A stretch of DNA of 22,056 nt, taken from a virus (taxonomy: Duplodnaviria > Heunggongvirae > Uroviricota > Caudoviricetes). A program made the position numbers and the translations under genes. Of the stretch, positions 6,243 through 12,277 are shown piece after piece. The notes under the pieces were generated by a model. The model made no database searches and was not told the DNA's origin. It worked only from the letters and a program-made list of their open reading frames with translations. The stretch lies in IMG/VR virus record IMGVR_UViG_3300006131_000005; one strand, 5' to 3'. How positions within the stretch are numbered: position 1 is the stretch's first letter; each line of letters begins with the position of its first letter.

Positions 6243-8103
6243 TTTCAGCGGTTGGGCAACCAGAGCTAACCTCAGATGCTCTGACGGCCTCACCATCATG
6301 AAAGGTGCGTTTGAGGACAATGACGGGAAGAAAGTCCCTCTTGTCTACAACCACCTCCACAACGATCCCAGCCTTGTTCTGGGACACGCCATCCTGGAGA
6401 AGCGGGATGAGGGCGTGTATGCCTACTGCTACTTCAACGACACCCCCAACGGCCAGATGATGAAGCAGGCGGTGCAGCACGGCGACATCGACGCTCTGTC
6501 TATCTTCGCCAACCAGCTCAAGAAGCAGGGCAATTTCGTTACCAACGGCAATATCCGAGAGCTGAGCCTTGTCCTGGCCGGGGCTAACCCCGGAGCGTTC
6601 ATCGACTCCATCATGGCTCATGGCGAGGAGAGCGATGAAGAGGCCATCATCTACACTGGTGAGCCGCTGTGCCTCGCTCATGCCGATGGCGGCAAGAAGG
6701 AGGAGCCTCCCAAGCAGGAACCCCCTGCCAAGAAGGAAGAGCCCGCGAAGCAGGAGCCTTCCGCCCAGGAGAAGTCCGAGGAGGACGAGACTGTCGGCGA
6801 TGTCTACAACACGCTGACCGATAAGCAGAAGCGGGTCGTAAACTACATGCTCGGCGGGGCCCTCATGCAGGGTGATGCCGCCGGCGACGAATCTGAAGGA
6901 GGAGACAATACTATGAAGCACAACGTTTTCGAGAAGGATGGGACCAACGATTCCGTCCTGATGCATTCCGAGACCCGGCGCGGTATCATCGCTCTGGCCA
7001 AGCAGAACAGCGTTGGCAGCCTGCGGACCGCTTTCGCCATCTATGCCGAGCAGGCCGCCGCTGACGGTGATGATGAACTGAAACATGGCATTGATGCGCT
7101 CCAGCACGGCATCGACAACATTGAGAGCCTGTTCCCCGACTATAAGGATCTGAAGCCCGGCGCCCCCGAGCTGCTCACCCGGGATCAGGGTTGGGTCAAT
7201 GTGGTCATCGACAAGGTGCACAAGACCCCCATCGGCCGTATTCGCACTCGTCAGATGGACGCCCGCAACGAGAATGCCCGCGGTCAGGGCTACCAGAAGG
7301 GCAAGCGTAAGACCCCCGCCGGTAATATGAAGTTGCTGAGCCGGACCACCGACCCCCAGACCGTGTACTGCATCGACGCGCTGCATCGTGATGATGTCAC
7401 GGACATCACCGACTTCGATGTGATCGAGTATCAGTACGGCGTGATGAAGCAGAACCTCTACGAGGAGGTCGCTATCGCTATCATGGTGGGCGACGGCCGC
7501 GAGGAGGGCACCGAGATGAAGATCTCCGAGTCCCATATCCGCTCCATCTGGAACGACGACGATCTCTACACCATCCACTATGACGTGGACGTCGCTGCCG
7601 CCAGGGCTGAGCTTCAGGGCTCCCGCACCGACATGAACTTCGGTGAGAACTTCATCTACGCCGAGGCCATCGTGGCCGCCGCCATGTACTCCCGCGAGAA
7701 GTACAAGGGCACCGGCACTCCCGATCTGTTCTGTACGCCTCATCTGCTGAATGTGATGCTGCTGGCTCGTGATCTGAACGGCCGGCGTATCTACGACTCC
7801 AAGACCGATCTGGCCGCCGCGCTGAACGTCAACGCAATCTATACCGCCGAGCAGTTCGAGGGCTTGGTCCGCACTGATGACGACGGCGTGAAGCACAAGC
7901 TTCTGGGCATCTTCGTCAATCTGAACGACTACACCGTGGGCTCCACCAAGGGCGGCGAGATCACCCGCTTCAATCAGTTCGATATCGACTTCAACCAGCA
8001 CAAGCTCCTGATCGAGACTCGCCTGTCCGGTGCTCTGAACAGGGTCTACTCTGCCATTGCGCTGGAGGAGCCGGTGAAGTCCGCTTCTGGTGCGGCTGCT
8101 TAA
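6226..8103 (+). CDS. Fused prohead protease (HK97/S78-like) - linker/scaffold - major capsid protein
   Basis: ATG 6226 after AAGGAGG (ORF track extends to 6121). N-terminal DFSGWAT...VPLVYNH...LSIFA...IRELSLV..GANPGA is a prohead protease pattern. Acidic/Pro/Lys linker follows. The C-terminus FNQFDIDFNQHKLLIETRLSGAL is an HK97-fold capsid-like end. Confidence 0.9.
   Translation: MKHPCDFSGWATRANLRCSDGLTIMKGAFEDNDGKKVPLVYNHLHNDPSLVLGHAILEKRDEGVYAYCYFNDTPNGQMMKQAVQHGDIDALSIFANQLKKQGNFVTNGNIRELSLVLAGANPGAFIDSIMAHGEESDEEAIIYTGEPLCLAHADGGKKEEPPKQEPPAKKEEPAKQEPSAQEKSEEDETVGDVYNTLTDKQKRVVNYMLGGALMQGDAAGDESEGGDNTMKHNVFEKDGTNDSVLMHSETRRGIIALAKQNSVGSLRTAFAIYAEQAAADGDDELKHGIDALQHGIDNIESLFPDYKDLKPGAPELLTRDQGWVNVVIDKVHKTPIGRIRTRQMDARNENARGQGYQKGKRKTPAGNMKLLSRTTDPQTVYCIDALHRDDVTDITDFDVIEYQYGVMKQNLYEEVAIAIMVGDGREEGTEMKISESHIRSIWNDDDLYTIHYDVDVAAARAELQGSRTDMNFGENFIYAEAIVAAAMYSREKYKGTGTPDLFCTPHLLNVMLLARDLNGRRIYDSKTDLAAALNVNAIYTAEQFEGLVRTDDDGVKHKLLGIFVNLNDYTVGSTKGGEITRFNQFDIDFNQHKLLIETRLSGALNRVYSAIALEEPVKSASGAAA
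6913..8103 (+). CDS. Predicted nested in-frame product: major capsid precursor from an internal start (396 aa)
   Basis: GAAGGAGGAGACAATACT-ATG at 6913 is in frame with 6226 and has an optimal RBS. Confidence 0.65.
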   Translation: MKHNVFEKDGTNDSVLMHSETRRGIIALAKQNSVGSLRTAFAIYAEQAAADGDDELKHGIDALQHGIDNIESLFPDYKDLKPGAPELLTRDQGWVNVVIDKVHKTPIGRIRTRQMDARNENARGQGYQKGKRKTPAGNMKLLSRTTDPQTVYCIDALHRDDVTDITDFDVIEYQYGVMKQNLYEEVAIAIMVGDGREEGTEMKISESHIRSIWNDDDLYTIHYDVDVAAARAELQGSRTDMNFGENFIYAEAIVAAAMYSREKYKGTGTPDLFCTPHLLNVMLLARDLNGRRIYDSKTDLAAALNVNAIYTAEQFEGLVRTDDDGVKHKLLGIFVNLNDYTVGSTKGGEITRFNQFDIDFNQHKLLIETRLSGALNRVYSAIALEEPVKSASGAAA

Positions 8104-8118
8104 AGGAGAAAATTCAAA

Positions 8119-8445
8119 ATGGCGAAATGGTACGGCATGATCGGCTACGCGGAAACTGTGGAAACGACGCCGGGCAACTGGGATGAGCAGCTCACTGAGC
8201 GTCCGTATTACGGCGACGTGATTCGGAACACGCGGAAGCTGCAAGGCGCTGAAAAGGTCAATGACGACATCAGCATCGCCAATGAGATCAGCGTTGTGGC
8301 CGACCCATTTGCCTGCCAGAATTTCCACCGTATGCGCTACATCGAGTTCATGGGAGCAAAATGGAAGGTTTCCAATGTGGAGGTCCAGTATCCCAGACTC
8401 ATCCTGACAATCGGAGGTGTTTACAATGCCGGACAGACGGCTTAA
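8119..8445 (+). CDS. Head closure/stopper protein (gp16-like)
   Basis: 108 aa, beta-rich (YIEFMGAKWKVSNVEVQYPRLILTIGG), directly after the capsid gene; RBS AAAGGAG. Confidence 0.65.
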   Translation: MAKWYGMIGYAETVETTPGNWDEQLTERPYYGDVIRNTRKLQGAEKVNDDISIANEISVVADPFACQNFHRMRYIEFMGAKWKVSNVEVQYPRLILTIGGVYNAGQTA

Positions 8446-8734
8446 ACTTCATGAAATTTTATGCGGCATCCTGAACACCAGGAACGCATATTTTCAGCCT
8501 CCGGAGTCCGTGAAGATGAATTACCCCGCCATCGTGTACGCTTTGAGCAACATCAAAAGCTTGTACGCGAATGGCGGGGTTTATTTGTCTGGCCGGCAGT
8601 ACGCTGTGACCGTTATTGACAAGAACCCTGACAGTCCTTTTATCGGTGCGGTTGCGGCGCTGCCCACCTGCCGGTTTGACCGGCACTACAAAGCAGACAA
8701 TCTCAATCACTGGGTTTTCACCCTGTATTATTAA
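8426..8734 (+). CDS. Tail terminator/completion protein
   Basis: ATG 8426 after GGAGGTG. AYFQPP...YPAIVY...YAVTVID...FDRHY...HWVFTLY pattern; directly upstream of the major tail gene. Confidence 0.65.
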   Translation: MPDRRLKLHEILCGILNTRNAYFQPPESVKMNYPAIVYALSNIKSLYANGGVYLSGRQYAVTVIDKNPDSPFIGAVAALPTCRFDRHYKADNLNHWVFTLYY

Positions 8735-8749
8735 AGGAGGACGCGAACC

Positions 8750-9442
8750 ATGAGTAAAATCAAGTGGGACGAGACCGGTAAGCGTTATTACGAAACCGGT
8801 GTTGACCATGGCGTGCTGTACCCCATTGGCAGCAATGGCAAGTACGACAAGGGCGTGGCCTGGAACGGTCTGATCTCCGTTACCGAGGCCCCTTCCGGCG
8901 CGGAGCCCAATAACCTCTACGCTGACAACATCAAGTATCTGGTTCTGGTGGGCGCCGAGGACTTCGGCTATACCATCGAGGCCTATACCTACCCCGACGA
9001 GTGGGCCGCCTGCGACGGCTCCGCCGAGCCCGTCCTCGGCATGAGCATCGGCCAGCAGGCCCGCAAGATCTTCGGCCTTGTCCACCGCACCAAGCTGGGT
9101 AACGATACGGACGGGCAGGATCACGGCTATAAGCTGCATCTGCTCTACGGCGGTCTGGCCTCCCCCTCCGAGCGGGGCTATCAGACCGTCAATGACTCCC
9201 CCGAGGCCATCACCTTCAGTTGGGAAGTCACCACCACTCCTGTGGATGTTCCCGGCTTCAAGCCCACCGCCTGCGTCATCATCGACTCCACCAAGGTCGA
9301 CAGGGAGAAGCTGGCCGCGCTGGAAGAGATCTTGTACGGCAAAGACCCTGCTGCCGAGGGCGGCACCGACGGCACCGAGCCTCGCCTGCCTCTGCCCGCC
9401 GAGGTCATCGAGCTGCTCAAGGACGAGCCCGCTGCCGGCTGA
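8750..9442 (+). CDS. Major tail (tube) protein
   Basis: 230 aa; GVAWNGLISVTEAPSG, LYADNIKY, YKLHLLYG, FSWEVTT typical of siphophage tail tube proteins; RBS AAAGGAGG. Confidence 0.9.
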   Translation: MSKIKWDETGKRYYETGVDHGVLYPIGSNGKYDKGVAWNGLISVTEAPSGAEPNNLYADNIKYLVLVGAEDFGYTIEAYTYPDEWAACDGSAEPVLGMSIGQQARKIFGLVHRTKLGNDTDGQDHGYKLHLLYGGLASPSERGYQTVNDSPEAITFSWEVTTTPVDVPGFKPTACVIIDSTKVDREKLAALEEILYGKDPAAEGGTDGTEPRLPLPAEVIELLKDEPAAG

Positions 9443-9466
9443 TTCACAGCATTACAGTACATCCCA

Positions 9467-9502
9467 AAGCGGGGCTCTCTTAACCGAGGGCTCCGCTTCT
9501 TC
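9467..9502 (+). terminator. Stem-loop after the major tail gene (terminator/attenuator or mRNA stabiliser)
   Basis: AAGCGGGGCTCTC-TTAACC-GAGGGCTCCGCTT 13-bp stem (two G-U) followed by a weak CTTCT tail. Confidence 0.6.
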
Positions 9503-9528
9503 TAAAAATTGAAAGGAGAAATTTCCCA

Positions 9529-9906
9529 ATGCTGAAAAGATCTATCACTTACACTGACTACAACGGTGGCACGCGCACCGAGGATTTTTATTTCAACCTG
9601 ACACAGGCCGAGGTGACCGAGATGGAGCTGTCCGTGGACGGCGGCCTGGTTGAGATGATTAACCGCATCGTGGCCGCTCAGGACGGCAAGCAGATCATCG
9701 CCACCTTCAAGGACATCATCCTGCGGGCCTATGGCGAGAAGTCCCCCGACGGCAAGCGGTTTATCAAGAACCAGGAGCTCCGGGACGCCTTCGCTCAGAC
9801 TGAGGCTTATAGCATCCTGTTCATGGAGCTGGCCACCAATGCCGACGCGGCTGCGGCCTTTGTCAACGGTATTGTTCCGGCCCAGGCCGCTATTCCGGGA
9901 ACCTGA
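9529..9906 (+). CDS. Tail assembly chaperone (gpG-like)
   Basis: 125 aa immediately after the major tail gene; TYTDYNG..RTEDFYFNL...AYGEKSPDGKRF...AYS.LFMEL; RBS GAAAGGAG. Confidence 0.75.
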   Translation: MLKRSITYTDYNGGTRTEDFYFNLTQAEVTEMELSVDGGLVEMINRIVAAQDGKQIIATFKDIILRAYGEKSPDGKRFIKNQELRDAFAQTEAYSILFMELATNADAAAAFVNGIVPAQAAIPGT

Positions 9907-9926
9907 TCGCGTGAGGGAGACCGGAG

Positions 9927-10469
9927 ATGCTGGAAATATTCATTCGCGGCGGCGAATTCTTCGATCCTGGGAGCGGCACGTTTCTGCAAGTCAAGGATCA
10001 GACGCTCAAGTTGGAGCACTCTCTGGTCTCCCTTTCAAAATGGGAGTCGAAATGGCACAAGGCATTTTTGGGGAGGGAGCCGAAGACTCAGGAGGAGTCC
10101 ATTGATTATATCCGGTGTATGACACTGACCCAGAATGTGAACCCCGACGTCTACAAGGCCATTACGCCGCAGACCGAGAGAGAGGTATTCGCTTACATCA
10201 ATGCTCCTATGACCGCCACGACCTTTCCTCCGGACGACAAGAACCGGCCAAACCGGAAGATCGTCACGGCCGAGATCATCTACTACTGGATGATTTGCGA
10301 GAACATTCCGTTCGAGTGCCAGAAATGGCATCTGAACCGGCTGATGACCTTGATCAATGTCTGTCGAGCGGAGAACGCTCCCCGAAAGAAAATGAGCAAG
10401 AAAGAGATCATGGCGAGGAACCGGGCGCTCAACGCGTCCCGCCGCCGGAAAACACATTCGAGAGGGTGA
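9927..10469 (+). CDS. Probable second tail assembly protein (gpT-like position)
   Basis: 180 aa with its own RBS (GAGGGAG) after the chaperone; basic C-terminus. Positional call. Confidence 0.5.
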   Translation: MLEIFIRGGEFFDPGSGTFLQVKDQTLKLEHSLVSLSKWESKWHKAFLGREPKTQEESIDYIRCMTLTQNVNPDVYKAITPQTEREVFAYINAPMTATTFPPDDKNRPNRKIVTAEIIYYWMICENIPFECQKWHLNRLMTLINVCRAENAPRKKMSKKEIMARNRALNASRRRKTHSRG

Positions 10470-11830
10470 TTACAACGTCTCTGATTGGAACAACAACTGA
10501 GGAAAAAATCTGGAATTTCCTGAAATCCCAAGGTCTCTCGGATGTCGGTGTTTCCATTATTATGGGGCATGGTTTTGCCGAGAGCGGCCTTAAACCCGAC
10601 AATCTCCAGAACAGCTATGAGCGTAAGTTGGGCATGGCCGACGCTGAGTACACCGAAATGGTGGACAACGGCACCTATGCCAACTTTGCCCACGATAAGG
10701 CAGGCTATGGCCTATTCCAATGGACGTACTGGAGCCGGAAGGCGGCTCTGCTGGCCTATGCCAAATCCGCAGGGAAAAGTATTGGCGACCTGGAAATGCA
10801 GCTTGGCTTCTTGATGCAGGAATTGTCACAGGGCTATAAGGCATTGCTGGCGATGTTGAAGACCGCCACCAGTATCAGAAAAGCGTCAGATGCTTTTCTG
10901 CTCCAGTTTGAGCGCCCCGCCGATCAGAGCGAAACGGCCAAGGCCCGGCGGGCCAGCTACGGCCAGAAGTATTTCGACAAGTATGCTGGCAAGGCCAGTG
11001 GAAAGGAGACAACAGGTATGGGTTTCACGAACAGTTCTCTTGCTACGGTAAAGATGATCTCTCCGAACCGGACGCCCAATCGGAACCACGCCATCGACAC
11101 CATTACCATCCACTGCTTCGTCGGCCAAGTGACTGCCAAGCGAGGGTGCGAGGTGTTCCAGCCCAGCAGCAAGGGTGCGTCCTGCAACTATGTTGTAGGC
11201 TATGACGGCTCCATCGGCCTGTGCGTTGAGGAGAAGGACCGTAGCTGGTGTACCGGCGGCTACGACAAGAATAAACAGCCCATTCGGGTGAATGGAATCT
11301 CCGGCAAGTCCAACGACTACCAGGCCGTAACCATTGAGGTCGCCAGCGACAACACTCACCCCTACGCCATTACCGACAAGGCTATGGCCGCCCTGATCGA
11401 GCTGTGCGCCGACATCTGCCGGCGGAACGGTATCAAGAAGCTGGTGTGGAAGGGGGACAAGAAGCTGGTGGGCAAGGTGGACCAGCAGAATCTCACGGTC
11501 CACCGCTGGTTTGCCGACAAAGCCTGTCCCGGCGACTACATCTACCAACGGCTGCCTGATATCGCCGCTAAGGTGAACGCCAAGCTGGGGGGCTCTGGTG
11601 CGATCACAGCTCCCACCACCCCCGTGAGCAAGGTGCCGTACACTGTCCGCATCACCGCCACCAATCTGCGTATCCGTAAGGGCCCCGGCACCAATAACGC
11701 GATCGTCAGCGTCATTAAGCCCGGTGTCTACACTATCGTATCTGAGGCCACCGGCCAGGGTGCTACGCTCTGGGGCAAGCTGAAGTCTGGTCTCGGCTGG
11801 GTGTCCCTCGATTACTGCAAGAAGCTGTGA
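10466..11830 (+). CDS. Modular cell-wall hydrolase: phage-tail-lysozyme-like domain + Amidase_2-type amidase + SH3-like binding domain
   Basis: Start GTG 10466 (GTGA overlap with the upstream stop) or ACG 10475; the ORF-track start at 10115 adds a non-homologous overlap. IWNFLK...AESGL...GYGLFQWT...QL.FL..EL...FERP is phage lysozyme-like. TITIHC...VTIEVA...HRWFADKACPG gives the His/Glu/His/Cys pattern of Zn amidases. NLRIRKGPGT...WGKLKSGLGWVSLDY is SH3-like. Confidence 0.85.
   Translation: MITTSLIGTTTEEKIWNFLKSQGLSDVGVSIIMGHGFAESGLKPDNLQNSYERKLGMADAEYTEMVDNGTYANFAHDKAGYGLFQWTYWSRKAALLAYAKSAGKSIGDLEMQLGFLMQELSQGYKALLAMLKTATSIRKASDAFLLQFERPADQSETAKARRASYGQKYFDKYAGKASGKETTGMGFTNSSLATVKMISPNRTPNRNHAIDTITIHCFVGQVTAKRGCEVFQPSSKGASCNYVVGYDGSIGLCVEEKDRSWCTGGYDKNKQPIRVNGISGKSNDYQAVTIEVASDNTHPYAITDKAMAALIELCADICRRNGIKKLVWKGDKKLVGKVDQQNLTVHRWFADKACPGDYIYQRLPDIAAKVNAKLGGSGAITAPTTPVSKVPYTVRITATNLRIRKGPGTNNAIVSVIKPGVYTIVSEATGQGATLWGKLKSGLGWVSLDYCKKL
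11018..11830 (+). CDS. Predicted nested in-frame product: amidase + SH3 endolysin from an internal start
   Basis: GAAAGGAGACAACAGGT-ATG at 11018 is in frame and lies exactly at the lysozyme/amidase domain boundary. Confidence 0.65.
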   Translation: MGFTNSSLATVKMISPNRTPNRNHAIDTITIHCFVGQVTAKRGCEVFQPSSKGASCNYVVGYDGSIGLCVEEKDRSWCTGGYDKNKQPIRVNGISGKSNDYQAVTIEVASDNTHPYAITDKAMAALIELCADICRRNGIKKLVWKGDKKLVGKVDQQNLTVHRWFADKACPGDYIYQRLPDIAAKVNAKLGGSGAITAPTTPVSKVPYTVRITATNLRIRKGPGTNNAIVSVIKPGVYTIVSEATGQGATLWGKLKSGLGWVSLDYCKKL

Positions 11831-11842
11831 TGGGTGGACAGC

Positions 11843-12220
11843 ATGAGGACAACGTTCAGGCAAAAGGGTGACTTCTCCAAGGCGACCAAGTTTCTGGAAC
11901 GGGCGAAGGAAGCTGTCCACCTCGGCGATCTTGACAAGTATGGCCGGGCCGGCGTGGCTGCTCTCGCGGCCGCGACGCCTGTTGACACCGGAAAGACGGC
12001 CGCCTCTTGGCGGTACGAGATCGTGCAGGAGAAAGGGGTTGCCCGCATTCTGTTCTGCAACTCCAACATTCAAAATGGAGTCCCCATCGCTATCATTCTC
12101 CAGTATGGACATGGCACCGGGACGGGCGGCTGGGTACAGGGGCGAGACTACATCAACCCTGCGATCCAGCCTATTTTTGAGCAGATCGCGAAAAATGCGT
12201 GGAACGAGATCACCAAATGA
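11843..12220 (+). CDS. HK97 gp10-like neck/tail-completion protein
   Basis: ATPVDTGKTAASWRY...IAIILQYGHGT..GGWVQG..YI.PAI matches the PVDTG.L..S / EYGT pattern of this family. Start ATG 11843 or GTG 11834. Confidence 0.7.
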   Translation: MRTTFRQKGDFSKATKFLERAKEAVHLGDLDKYGRAGVAALAAATPVDTGKTAASWRYEIVQEKGVARILFCNSNIQNGVPIAIILQYGHGTGTGGWVQGRDYINPAIQPIFEQIAKNAWNEITK

Positions 12221-12224
12221 CTTC

Positions 12225-12256
12225 GCGGGCCCTCACCGGCCCGCACTTTTTATTTT
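12225..12256 (+). terminator. Intrinsic (Rho-independent) terminator upstream of the tape measure gene
   Basis: GCGGGCC-CTCACC-GGCCCGC perfect 7-bp GC stem followed by ACTTTTTATTTT. Confidence 0.75.
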
Positions 12257-12277
12257 CGATAAAAGGGGGCGGTAGCC

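Noticed and set aside
6196-8328. 710-aa minus-strand ORF antisense to the protease/capsid gene
   Set aside because: Shadow ORF: it mirrors a highly biased, C/G-ending-codon gene, has no RBS or recognisable domain, and has the V/L/D/G/H-rich composition typical of antisense frames.
9420-9442. Frameshift/read-through extension of the major tail or capsid protein (Ig-like add-on)
   Set aside because: No slippery or CCC-TAA site at either stop. A stem-loop and the next gene's RBS follow immediately, leaving no downstream domain.
9890-9926. Programmed -1 frameshift joining the two tail chaperone ORFs (GGGAACC)
   Set aside because: Not a full slippery heptamer, and TGA 9912-9914 closes the -1 frame before 9927.
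10115-10465. N-terminal 117-aa extension of the lysin in the ORF track
   Set aside because: It overlaps the 9927..10469 gene in another frame and reads as non-protein-like; domain homology starts at about 10478.
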